Shown here in pieces: positions 42,913-51,357 of a stretch of DNA of 64,000 nt. This DNA is from a virus. Made by a program: the position numbers and the translations under genes. Location of the stretch: positions 23,566 to 87,565 of IMG/VR virus record IMGVR_UViG_3300046674_000395. One strand, 5' to 3'. Positions within the stretch are counted from its first letter, which is position 1. Every line of letters starts with the position of its first letter. Below the pieces are notes generated by a model that saw nothing but the letters and a program-made list of their open reading frames with translations, ran no database searches and was not told the origin of the DNA.

Positions 42913-43766
42913 AGGTATTCCTCGGCTTGTCGGAGGGTGTCCCAGCTCGGCATTCCGATCTGGGGGATTTCGGTGACGGGTCCGGTCCAGTCGGGCCAGA
43001 TGCCGGTGGACTCGCACTCGGCGTAGATGCGCAGGGCGCGCTGGTTGCGGGCGCGGCCGATGTCGCGGTCTTGGTCGGTGAGTTCGCGGACCGTGATCAG
43101 GTAGGGCGCGATCTTCGACTGGAAGACGAAGACGAACCGGGCGCCGTCCGGGGCGAGGCCGGCGGCCTCAACGCCGTCGATGTAGAAGGCGTCTTGCTGG
43201 TGGTAGCTGCGGTCTTTGATGGCACGGGAGACGGTGTCCGGAGCCGCGTCCTTGATCGTCTTGTAGTCGACGACGATCGACCCGCGAAGCCAGTCCGGAC
43301 GGACCCGGCAGCGGACGCCGGTCGCCGGATCGGTCCAGTAGATCGACTGCTCGGCGAGGCCCTGGCCCGGCGTGAACAGCGGGCCAGCGATGGAGTGCTG
43401 GCGGATCGCCTCGGCCATCGCCTGGACCATGTCGTGGTCCTTCGTGAGGAGCGGGATCTTGTCGGCGAGGTAGGCCTCGTCGCGCTGGATCTGAGCGTCC
43501 TTCTTGCGCCAGTCCGGGAAGTCGATGACCTTCAGCTCTGGGCCCTCCCCCAGCACGAGCAGATGGGCGGCGTGCCCGAGGTCGAACTCCTTCTTGTGTG
43601 CCTGCGGGTGGTCGCGGTCGTACTTGAACTGGGCGGGGCAGCCCGGGTTGAGGAGGGCGCGCAGGCCGGACGAGGAGATCGACGTGCGGTCCGCGTGGTA
43701 GTCCTCGGCGGACAGGCCGTCGATGATCTGCGGGGCTTCGACCTCGGCCTCGATGGCGGCGGTCAT
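42909..43766 (-). CDS. PD-(D/E)XK exonuclease (RecE/exonuclease VIII-like, DUF3799-type)
   Basis: ATG 43766; YHADRTSISSSGLRAL, VRPDWL...IVVDYKT, YHQQDAFY. Confidence 0.78.
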   Translation of the reverse strand: MTAAIEAEVEAPQIIDGLSAEDYHADRTSISSSGLRALLNPGCPAQFKYDRDHPQAHKKEFDLGHAAHLLVLGEGPELKVIDFPDWRKKDAQIQRDEAYLADKIPLLTKDHDMVQAMAEAIRQHSIAGPLFTPGQGLAEQSIYWTDPATGVRCRVRPDWLRGSIVVDYKTIKDAAPDTVSRAIKDRSYHQQDAFYIDGVEAAGLAPDGARFVFVFQSKIAPYLITVRELTDQDRDIGRARNQRALRIYAECESTGIWPDWTGPVTEIPQIGMPSWDTLRQAEEYL

Positions 43767-43897
43767 CAGTCGTTCTCCGCGGGGACGAGGCGCTCGCAGT
43801 CCTCGCACAGGCCGTCGAGAACGAACGGGCCGATCTCGTCTTCGCAGCGGGTGCAACGCAGGGGCCCCGTCTGCCTCGTGGTGCTGTCGGTGCTCAT
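43766..43897 (-). CDS. possible 43-aa zinc-ribbon peptide
   Basis: Own translation MSTDSTTRQTGPLRCTRCEDEIGPFVLDGLCEDCERLVPAEND; stop overlaps the exonuclease ATG. Confidence 0.42.
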   Translation of the reverse strand: MSTDSTTRQTGPLRCTRCEDEIGPFVLDGLCEDCERLVPAEND

Positions 43898-44057
43898 GGT
43901 TCTCCGTTTCTGGGTGCACTGATGGCGGGCCGCCGCCCGCGGACGGGGGGTGTGCCGCGAGCGGCGGCCCTGGGTGGCCGCGGAGTTGGGGGGACTCGAC
44001 GCGACCGGTCTGTGCGGTGGTGAGTAGTGCGGTGTTGAGGAGTTGATCGATCGGCAG

Positions 44058-44591
44058 TCAGTCGGCGTCGGCGAGGGCGGCGACGCGGTTGTGGGCGTCG
44101 TTGAACTCCTCGGTGTCGAGGCCCATCCACGGCACGCGGTGCGACATTGCGATGAGGACGTCCAGGGCGTTGAAGCCGTCGGCCTTGAACTCGGCTGCCG
44201 CGGCCTCGATGTCCGCGTCGGTGTACGTGCCGTTGTGGGAGACGTCGCCGCGCAGGTAGTCGTGGCTGTGGACCGGACCGCAGTGCGCGTTGCCGAGGGC
44301 CGACAGCACCCGGCTGTGGTCGATCTCCCCGTTGAGGTCGTCGACGTCGCGGGTCCAGTCGTAGAGCGGGGCGATCGCCGCGGCTCCGGTCATCGCGAAC
44401 TCGCGGGTCATGGCTTCGGCGACGACGAGGCCGGAGTGGTGGCCGATGTCCCAGCGGGCCGGATTGTTCAGGTCGAGGTCGCCAGGGACGCGGAACACGA
44501 CCAGGCCGGGCGCTACCTGTACAGCGCCGGTGACCTCGTAGGACTGGCCCTTTCGGCCGCGCATCGTGTAGGCGACGGTGTCGACAGACAT
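44058..44591 (-). CDS. hypothetical protein
   Basis: 177-aa ORF. Confidence 0.6.
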   Translation of the reverse strand: MSVDTVAYTMRGRKGQSYEVTGAVQVAPGLVVFRVPGDLDLNNPARWDIGHHSGLVVAEAMTREFAMTGAAAIAPLYDWTRDVDDLNGEIDHSRVLSALGNAHCGPVHSHDYLRGDVSHNGTYTDADIEAAAAEFKADGFNALDVLIAMSHRVPWMGLDTEEFNDAHNRVAALADAD

Positions 44592-44701
44592 GGGGTTTCC
44601 CTTCCGTGGGATGCTGATCTCGGATCCCCGCCGACTTCACTTCGGCGGGGGTTCTGCTTTTCACCTGCCGCCCGACCTCCTCGGCCGGGCGGCAGGGAGC
44701 T

Positions 44702-45217
44702 TCAGGTGGTGACGTGGGCGCCGATGATGGGGATCTGCTGGGTGTCGGCGTTCGAGCCGTCCGGGACGCGGCCGGGGTCGGTGACGGCCAGCGGTGAGGC
44801 GCCGAGACGGACCGGACTGCCCGCCTCGAACCGGTCGGCCGGCGGCGTGACGGGTCCCTGATGGGCCAGCGGGATGACGGAGTTGACGTTGTCCCTGAAG
44901 GAGCGCAGCGCCACCAGCTCGGCCGTCTGCACGGCGAGCAGTTGCTCAGCTGCCGCGGCCCGCGCTTCGGCCTCGTCGTACCGTCCAGCCTTGGCGTTCA
45001 CCTCGGCGCGGATCTGCTTCGCCTCGGCCAGCTGCTCGCGGAGGCTGCGGATCGTGCGAGCCTGCCCATCGAAGCGGGACTCCAGCGCCGCGGCCTGCTC
45101 GGCGCGGGGCGTCAGCTCCCGCACCTGGCGCTCCGCCTCACCGAGGAGATGGTGCAGTTCGCGGCAGGACAGGCCGCGGTGGGAGATGACGCTGCGGACG
45201 GTGTCGACAGTGCTCAC
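44702..45217 (-). CDS. hypothetical coiled-coil protein
   Basis: 171-aa ORF, heptad-like E/A/R/L-rich centre. Confidence 0.6.
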   Translation of the reverse strand: MSTVDTVRSVISHRGLSCRELHHLLGEAERQVRELTPRAEQAAALESRFDGQARTIRSLREQLAEAKQIRAEVNAKAGRYDEAEARAAAAEQLLAVQTAELVALRSFRDNVNSVIPLAHQGPVTPPADRFEAGSPVRLGASPLAVTDPGRVPDGSNADTQQIPIIGAHVTT

Positions 45218-45399
45218 GACCGGCTCTCCCCGATCACGTCGAGGGCGAGGCGCACCGTGTGCCGGGCGTCGGGGCCGGCCGGGCGTCGGGCTCCGGACAG
45301 GTCGGCGGCCGTGTCGATGTCGACGGTGGTCGCCGCGTCGGAGTCCAGGCCGTGGCCGGCGAGGGTCCGGGCCGTCAGGTAGGCGTCGAAGGCGGTCAC
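45214..45399 (-). CDS. hypothetical small protein
   Basis: 61 aa; GTG start. Confidence 0.48.
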   Translation of the reverse strand: MTAFDAYLTARTLAGHGLDSDAATTVDIDTAADLSGARRPAGPDARHTVRLALDVIGESRS

Positions 45400-45557
45400 G
45401 GCCGGTCTCCTTTCAGATGCTGCTGCTGATCGATGAGGGCGGCGAGCTCCCGCTGCAAGTCCGTGATGGCGGCTGATGCGAGGCGGATGTAGTGGAGGCG
45501 GAGGGCATTGGCGAAACCCGCGATCGGCGACAGGCGCGTCGGAAGCGGGGTGCTCAC
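45396..45557 (-). CDS. possible 53-aa protein
   Basis: Own translation VSTPLPTRLSPIAGFANALRLHYIRLASAAITDLQRELAALIDQQQHL...; 4-nt overlaps on both sides. Confidence 0.4.
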   Translation of the reverse strand: MSTPLPTRLSPIAGFANALRLHYIRLASAAITDLQRELAALIDQQQHLKGDRP

Positions 45558-45709
45558 GGGGCCGGCTCCCGGCTAAGTCGGGCGCACAGTGCCTCGTAGC
45601 TCTCCTCCGGCTCGTCGTCCTCGTCGGGCGGGTAGCCGAGCCAGGCCGCGATCCCGGGGACGACGAGGCCCTTGTCGGGGAGGGCGCGGAGGTCGATGAC
45701 GGCGGCCAT
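45554..45709 (-). CDS. possible 51-aa protein
   Basis: ATG 45709 (MAAVIDLRALPDKG...). Confidence 0.4.
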   Translation of the reverse strand: MAAVIDLRALPDKGLVVPGIAAWLGYPPDEDDEPEESYEALCARLSREPAP

Positions 45710-45900
45710 CAGGCGGCCCACCTTTCCTGCCAGCGGCGGAAGTTGCGGTAGCGGGCGTGGACGGCGTCGATACGGTCGAGGTACTCGGTCGTCGTCCACG
45801 GCTTGGCGCCCTTCGCGCGCCGAGCCCACTCCAGCTCGACGGCGGCCAGCGACTCCTCCTCCAAGTCCTCCAGCCGGCGAGGCTCGATCGCGGTGTTCAT
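45709..45900 (-). CDS. hypothetical small protein
   Basis: 63-aa ORF. Confidence 0.5.
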   Translation of the reverse strand: MNTAIEPRRLEDLEEESLAAVELEWARRAKGAKPWTTTEYLDRIDAVHARYRNFRRWQERWAA

Positions 45901-46274
45901 GCGGCCACCTCGCGGGCGGTGCGCTCGAAGACCGCGATGACGTCGGCCGGGGTGCGGTCATCGGCGTCGTTCCATCCCGCCAGTCGCATTACGGCCGGCT
46001 CCCCCTGGAAGCCGTACAGGTGGAGGTTGTCGATGCGGGCGTTCACGCGGGAGACAGCCACATCGAACTCGGCTCGGCCGTCCGATCCCTCGCGAGGCGG
46101 GACCGGGTCGCCGAACATGACGACCGACAAGGCGCCCCCCGCGCACACCGGGAACTCGGCGCGCGTCCGCTCGATACCGACGCCTGTCTCGGGGGTGCGG
46201 TAGAAGTCGCCCTTGGCGTGTCCGTTCAACACGATGACCTCGGCGGCCTTCAGGTAGATCTCGGAGAGAGTCAC
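45897..46274 (-). CDS. hypothetical protein
   Basis: GTG 46274; 125 aa. Confidence 0.52.
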   Translation of the reverse strand: MTLSEIYLKAAEVIVLNGHAKGDFYRTPETGVGIERTRAEFPVCAGGALSVVMFGDPVPPREGSDGRAEFDVAVSRVNARIDNLHLYGFQGEPAVMRLAGWNDADDRTPADVIAVFERTAREVAA

Positions 46275-46534
46275 GAGGCGCCTCCAGGCGTCCAGTTCGG
46301 GTAGTCCGCTTCCGTGGAGACCGGGGCCTCCGGGTGGGTGATCAGCCAGGCGTCGAGGGCGTAGGCGATGCGGTCCGACGGGGAGTTGCTGTGGTCGGCC
46401 GCCTCGGCGAGAAGCCGGCAGGCCCGCTGCCGGGCGACCAGCTGCTTCATGTCGGCGGCCAGCGTCGACAGCGGCACGTCGGCCCGCTCGATACGCGGCG
46501 GCGGGGACTGGAAGCGCTTCGGGGTGAAGGTCAT
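46271..46534 (-). CDS. hypothetical protein
   Basis: ATG 46534 (MTFTPKRFQSPPP...), 87 aa. Confidence 0.5.
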   Translation of the reverse strand: MTFTPKRFQSPPPRIERADVPLSTLAADMKQLVARQRACRLLAEAADHSNSPSDRIAYALDAWLITHPEAPVSTEADYPNWTPGGAS

Positions 46535-46737
46535 CGGGGTGTCCCCCAGTTCGCGTTCGGGTGGCTGCACGGGTTGTCGTCGTGGCCGCCGAAACAGCCG
46601 GCCTCACACGCCGCGCAGTCCGGGCACCAGCGGGCCGGGAGGTCACCGCACGCCTTGCACGCGCCCACCAGGTCGGCGGTCAGCGGGATGCCCTGCTCGG
46701 CAATCGCGGCAGCGAGGCGGGGGTTGACTGCGGTCAT
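46531..46737 (-). CDS. small Cys-rich protein
   Basis: ATG 46737; CKACGDLPARWCPDCAACEAGC. Confidence 0.5.
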   Translation of the reverse strand: MTAVNPRLAAAIAEQGIPLTADLVGACKACGDLPARWCPDCAACEAGCFGGHDDNPCSHPNANWGTPR

Positions 46738-47216
46738 GCCGTCACCGCCGCGTGCTTGCAGGGCCAACGGTTGCCGCACGCGCACCAGTGGCATCCGTCC
46801 GCCGGGTCCGGCACCTTGTCGTAGTGCTGTGACTCGGGGGCCTGCCCGGCTTCGGCATCCTCGGTCCAGCCGCCGTGAGTCCAGTCATCCGGGTCGAGGG
46901 CGGTCGGATACCAGCCGTGGATGTCGTGGGCGGGCCCGTACATCCAGCCGAGCGCGCGACGTTCACCGGTGCCAGGGCTGGGGCTGATGGCCTCGCAGCG
47001 GAACTCCCGCGTGCCGCTGGTGTAGTTGCGGTCGACCTCGAAGAAGCCGGGGTCGGGCAGCATCCGCAGGTTGTTGGGGCGGACAGCACCACGGCTGATC
47101 TTGGATGCAATCACCGCCACCGTGTCGGCCTGCGCTCGGCCCTCGCGGGTACCCTCGGCGCGAAACTCGCGGGCCTTCTTCACCAGCCACGCAGTGACCT
47201 CGGGGTAGTTGCTCAT
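46734..47216 (-). CDS. hypothetical protein
   Basis: ATG 47216 (MSNYPEVTAWLVKK...); C-terminal CHWCACGNRWPCKH. Confidence 0.55.
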   Translation of the reverse strand: MSNYPEVTAWLVKKAREFRAEGTREGRAQADTVAVIASKISRGAVRPNNLRMLPDPGFFEVDRNYTSGTREFRCEAISPSPGTGERRALGWMYGPAHDIHGWYPTALDPDDWTHGGWTEDAEAGQAPESQHYDKVPDPADGCHWCACGNRWPCKHAAVTA

Positions 47217-48013
47217 GCCACACCGCCGTTCCTGCGCTGCTGCGGGAGGCGGACGACCTGTGCACCCGGCAGTGCCGGCCGGTTCCTCGACGGCAGGCCA
47301 TCGCGCTCCAGCGCGTCGTGGATCTCCTGACGCAACTTGTCGCGGCCTGTGGTCAAGCACTCGCGGAGCCGCTCGGCCGCCTTCGCGTGAAGGTCTTCGA
47401 GGACGAGGGAGTCCTGCTGCAGGTTCACAAACTCGACTACGTGCGCCTTGATCTGCTCATGGACAGCAGGTGAGAGCTGGCGCACCTCGTTCTCACTCAG
47501 TCCGAAGTAGTCGCCGAGCAGGGCTCGCTCGCGAGCGGTGCCCTCAGGAGCGGGGAGAGACACCCGCTCTGGCAGCAAGATCGATCGGCCATCGAGCAGT
47601 GCCATCAGGCTGCGGCGCTGCGCTGCCGTTGCCCGCTGCGTGCGCTCGTGCTCTTCGCGGTCGCCGCGCAGAAACTCCAGCGAGGACGCGTAGTCGCGGA
47701 CCGTCTCGAAGGGGATTCCCGTGAAGTACTCGCGTCCGCCGGAGTTCCTCGCACGCTTGGCGCAGAAGCCGATCAGAGCTGTTTCGTTCTTGATCGCCCC
47801 CGCATGAGGTCCTGAAAGCCAGGTGTGTACTAGCGGGTTGCCATAGGCCTCGCCGTGGTGCTTGTGCAGCCCGATGCGCCGGTCTGGCGCGGCGGTGCGA
47901 CCGACTTTCACAATGCCGGACTCGAACCCGAGCACGTAGATGTGGGCTTCAACGCCTTTGATCAGGGGGGCGTCGAACGGACTTGATCCGTCCGATGGGA
48001 TGATGGAGGACAA
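47213..48013 (-). CDS. T5orf172 (GIY-YIG-like, MUG113-type) domain protein
   Basis: HIYVLGFESGIVKVGRTAAPDRRI...NETALIGFCAKRARNSGGREYFTGIPFETV; paralogous to the N-terminal half of 53437-54069. Confidence 0.72.
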   Translation of the reverse strand: MSSIIPSDGSSPFDAPLIKGVEAHIYVLGFESGIVKVGRTAAPDRRIGLHKHHGEAYGNPLVHTWLSGPHAGAIKNETALIGFCAKRARNSGGREYFTGIPFETVRDYASSLEFLRGDREEHERTQRATAAQRRSLMALLDGRSILLPERVSLPAPEGTARERALLGDYFGLSENEVRQLSPAVHEQIKAHVVEFVNLQQDSLVLEDLHAKAAERLRECLTTGRDKLRQEIHDALERDGLPSRNRPALPGAQVVRLPQQRRNGGVA

Positions 48014-48101
48014 CGGGGTCCCCTTTCTTCTCAGTGGTGAAGGTGGATCTCGATCGAGGTCGTCCCGGACTGGCGAGTTACGGGGCGGCCTCTTTGCCGC
48101 T

Positions 48102-48386
48102 CTAAGCGGCGACGCGGGCCGGCTGCCGACGCGGTTCGGCGGGGCGGGACTCCCGGAGTCGCGTGGGGTCCGGCGCCATGGCGGCCTGGTACTGGCCTTC
48201 GAGGTAGGCGTCGAGGTCCGCGATGCGGTAGGCGATGAAGCGCCCGATGGGGAAGCCCTTGGGTCCCTTGCCCTTGACGCGCCACTTGCGGAGCGTTGCG
48301 AGGGTGACGCCGATTCGGATGGCGGCGTCTTCGATCCAGAGGCACCCTTCGGGCGCCCGCTGCTTCGGTCCCTTCCTGTTGTGCAT
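48102..48386 (-). CDS. xis: excisionase/AlpA-type HTH protein
   Basis: ATG 48386; CLWIEDAAIRIGVTLATLRKWRVKGKGPKGFPIGRFIAYRIADLDAYL. Confidence 0.75.
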   Translation of the reverse strand: MHNRKGPKQRAPEGCLWIEDAAIRIGVTLATLRKWRVKGKGPKGFPIGRFIAYRIADLDAYLEGQYQAAMAPDPTRLRESRPAEPRRQPARVAA

Positions 48387-48390
48387 TGGT

Positions 48391-48675
48391 CTACTCCTTA
48401 GAGGCGGGGGGAGTGCGAGGAGACGGATCGTCCAGTTCTGGAGACGCTGGAGGCGCGAAGAGGACCAGGAGGGCGACACCGAGGGACTCCACGAGGGAGT
48501 GGGCGTCTTCCATATCTGCGGTCCTCTGTCGACCCGTGGCGAGCTTTTCGATGAGGCCGGATCCGCAGCCACTGGCTTCGGCCAGGCTGTCGTATCCGTA
48601 GGGGGCGCCCCGACCAGGGTTTTTCATGACCCACTTGAAGATGTGGGCGCTCTTCAGCGTGTATCTGCGGCTCAA
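48391..48675 (-). CDS. Cro-like XRE-type HTH regulator (first gene of the early operon)
   Basis: YDSLAEASGCGSGLIEKLATGRQ is an HTH; divergent from the repressor-like gene. Confidence 0.68.
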   Translation of the reverse strand: MSRRYTLKSAHIFKWVMKNPGRGAPYGYDSLAEASGCGSGLIEKLATGRQRTADMEDAHSLVESLGVALLVLFAPPASPELDDPSPRTPPASKE

Positions 48676-48727
48676 TGGTTCCCCCGAGGTGCGGAGCTGC
48701 CTTGATGAGACGAGTTAAGCATGGCGG

Positions 48728-48816
48728 AGACGAATCGTCTACCAATCTGGACGACGTACCGCGCGGTATCGGCAAACTTTCTGGCTGGTTACCATGCTTC
48801 TGTAGACGATCCGTCT
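48728..48816. promoter_or_regulatory. two operator-like palindromes in the divergent immunity region
   Basis: agacgaatcgtct 48728-48740 and agacgatccgtct 48804-48816 (AGACG-N3-CGTCT). Confidence 0.65.
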
Positions 48817-48916
48817 CCAGAAGGAGATGGTTGTACGGCGTGACCTGCTATTTTCCCGGCGCCAATCACTACACATAGAGACAGTCGGTGCGAACGTGAC
48901 GCGAGAGGACGACGAC

Positions 48917-49354
48917 ATGACAGTCCCGGCCAAAGCTCCGGAGTCCGGCGCGGCGGAACAGGCGTCAGACGTCGGGGCGCTCTCCCAGCTCATCCAGGAA
49001 GCGCTCGACAAGGGCGACTCCTACCAGCGCCTCGCCGACCGGGCCATCGACCCCGAAACCGGCGAGACCGTCTCCAAGCCCTACCTCCAGCGCATCGTGA
49101 AGACTCCGCCCGTGAACCCGCCGACGCCGCCCATGATGGGCGCGATCGCGGCGGCCCTCGGCAAGCCCCTGTGGCGCATCAAGGAAGCCGTCGCCAAACA
49201 GTGGCTGCTGTACGAGGCGACAGAACTCGCCGGCTACGACGCCGAGGTGCGCATCATCGTCGGACACCTCGCCGGCAAGTCGAAGGCGGAGCTGATGAAG
49301 TGGCGCTACATGATCGAGGCGGACGAGCGGGCGCGGCGCGAGGCCGGCGAGTAG
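48917..49354 (+). CDS. immunity repressor-like HTH protein
   Basis: ATG 48917 behind GAGAGGA; SYQRLADRAIDPETGETVSKPYLQRIV is an HTH; position next to int, divergent from the early operon. Confidence 0.68.
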   Translation: MTVPAKAPESGAAEQASDVGALSQLIQEALDKGDSYQRLADRAIDPETGETVSKPYLQRIVKTPPVNPPTPPMMGAIAAALGKPLWRIKEAVAKQWLLYEATELAGYDAEVRIIVGHLAGKSKAELMKWRYMIEADERARREAGE

Positions 49355-49509
49355 CGCATCGCCCGCCGGACTTCGTCCCGTGATCACGAATGTCCGTAAG
49401 TAGACTTTGCTTCAACTGATTGTCGAACACTCCCTGTAGACGTACCCTTCACCAACCGTGCACTTCTGGCCGTTCTGGCGCGTTGTGCATCGTGCGCTAG
49501 GAGGGCCGG

Positions 49510-49953
49510 ATGCTGGACGTCACCTATGAGGCCGTCGAAGACCTCCCGCCAGGCAGACTGGCGACGATCGAGGAAGACCGCGGGAAGATCCGCGTCAAGG
49601 TCGATGCGACGGAGCCGCTCGCGTCCGTCGTCCGCCAACTCAACGTCGAGATCGACCGGTTGCTGACCAGCTCGGATTGGTTCCAACTGTGGGGCGACGA
49701 GATCGTCAGCCGCAGTACACCCGCCTCTCCCCTGCGGATCGAATACGTACTTCACCGACTGGTGCCCGACACGGCCATCCTCACCGAGAGCAAGGGCTGC
49801 GTTCGCGTCCACATCGACCCCGCCCTCAGCACCGAAGAGTTCGCCGCGGTGATGAATCCGGCCACGAAGGACATCCTCGCCGGGGGACAGTGGTTCCAGC
49901 TGTACGGCGGCGAGATCATCGACAACTCGCCGGAGCCCATCACTCGGGTCTGA
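49510..49953 (+). CDS. hypothetical protein made of two ~70-aa internal repeats
   Basis: The halves align: ...IRVKVDATEPLASVV...DWFQLWGDEIVSRS versus ...VRVHIDPALSTEEFA...QWFQLYGGEIIDNS. Confidence 0.6.
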   Translation: MLDVTYEAVEDLPPGRLATIEEDRGKIRVKVDATEPLASVVRQLNVEIDRLLTSSDWFQLWGDEIVSRSTPASPLRIEYVLHRLVPDTAILTESKGCVRVHIDPALSTEEFAAVMNPATKDILAGGQWFQLYGGEIIDNSPEPITRV

Positions 49954-49968
49954 CGAACGGGGGCGGCG

Positions 49969-51357
49969 GTGGCGGGGTACATCGAAGACCGCTGGATGAC
50001 GAGGAAAGCGGATCCAGCGACCGGCAAGAAGCGTCGGACCGCACGCTGGGGGCAGGGGAAGCGTTGGCGGGTCGCCGGCGTCCCTGGCGTGCGGGACCGG
50101 TCCTTCACCAACCTCAAGGGCCCTGACGGGGCTGAGAAGTGGCTAGCCGACTCGCAGACGGATACGAGCCGCGGCCACTTCTACGATCCACGCGACGGCA
50201 ACATCACGCTGCGGGAGTACGTCGAGCAGACGTGGTGGCCGACGCTGCGGAAGGCGCCCGGCACCAAGCAGTCGATGAAGCCTCGGGTCTTCAATCACAT
50301 CCTTCCCCACGTGGGGCATCTGTCGCTGAACCGGATCGGGCACGACGAGATCCGGGTCTGGCTCACCCGGGTCGAGCAGGACATCGACGTGAACACGGTG
50401 CGCACGACGTGGCGCCATTTCTCGACGATCATGCAGGCGGCGCACAAGGCCAAGAGGATTGCCGAGAACCCGTTCAGGGATGAGGACTTGTCGGCGCCGG
50501 CGGCGCCTCCGTCCAAGGCGAAGGCGTGGCCCAGGGAGACAGCTGCTGCGGTGCGGGCCGAGTTGGGTCCCCGGTACGGGATCCTTGTGGACCTCGCTAC
50601 CGGGGCCGGGCTGCGGCAGGGGGAGTGCTTCGGCTTCTCGCCGGACGACATCGACGGCGACGAGATCCATGTGACCCGTCAGATCGTGCGGATCAATAGC
50701 CGTCTGGCGTTCGCGCCTCCGAAGCGCGGCAAGCTCCGCGACGCACCCTGCCCTCCGGAACTGGCCCGCGCCGTCAAGGAGTACGCGAATGTCTTCCCGA
50801 CGGTCGAGGTGACGCTGCCCTGGGTGGACCCGGACCGGCCGAACCTGGAGTGGGACAAGCGTCCCCTGCGGACTGTACGTCTCCTTGTGACCACACCCAG
50901 GACCGGCGGAGTCAGCGGCGGCGCACTGAACCGGGCGACGTGGGACGACAAGGCGTGGAAGCCGGCGCTCGCCCGTGCGGGCGTCATCCCGGAGCCCGAG
51001 GTCGAGTACGTGCAGGCGAACGGGAAGAAGCCGTGGCGCCGGGTGGCGTGGCGGATGCCGCGGGAGGACGGCTTCCACGTCACGCGGCATACGTTCGCTA
51101 GCATCGTGCTGTCGGAGGGTGAGACAATCACTCAGCTGGCTGCGTGGCTCGGTCACTCGGATCCGGCGTTCACGCTGAGGACTTACGTGCACTTCATGCC
51201 GAAGTCCGGGAAGCGGGCGCTGGCTGCGCTCGGCTCGTGGATGTCCCCAGGTGGGGGCGGGACCCGAGCCGCTGAGGCCGATCAGGCTGTTGAGATCTCT
51301 CCCGGTTCTGATTCTCCCCAGATTCTCCCCAGCGAAGATCTGGATCAAGGAATCTAG
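49969..51357 (+). CDS. int: tyrosine integrase (phage/AICE type)
   Basis: GTG start; N-terminal YIEDRW...DPATGKKR arm-binding type; catalytic GLRQGE (R), HVTRHTFAS (HxxR), LGHSDPAFTLRTYVH (H...Y). Track ORF 50143-52107 is an antisense artefact. Confidence 0.93.
   Translation: MAGYIEDRWMTRKADPATGKKRRTARWGQGKRWRVAGVPGVRDRSFTNLKGPDGAEKWLADSQTDTSRGHFYDPRDGNITLREYVEQTWWPTLRKAPGTKQSMKPRVFNHILPHVGHLSLNRIGHDEIRVWLTRVEQDIDVNTVRTTWRHFSTIMQAAHKAKRIAENPFRDEDLSAPAAPPSKAKAWPRETAAAVRAELGPRYGILVDLATGAGLRQGECFGFSPDDIDGDEIHVTRQIVRINSRLAFAPPKRGKLRDAPCPPELARAVKEYANVFPTVEVTLPWVDPDRPNLEWDKRPLRTVRLLVTTPRTGGVSGGALNRATWDDKAWKPALARAGVIPEPEVEYVQANGKKPWRRVAWRMPREDGFHVTRHTFASIVLSEGETITQLAAWLGHSDPAFTLRTYVHFMPKSGKRALAALGSWMSPGGGGTRAAEADQAVEISPGSDSPQILPSEDLDQGI

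Larger units (their letters stand above)
709..51353. mobile_element. putative ~50.6 kb mosaic integrated element (phage-like plus AICE-like modules); bounds tentative
   Basis: Tyrosine integrase at right end; identical 13-mer tggatcaaggaat at 709-721 and 51341-51353 (the latter overlaps the int stop codon); everything between is mobile-element-type content. Confidence 0.45.
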
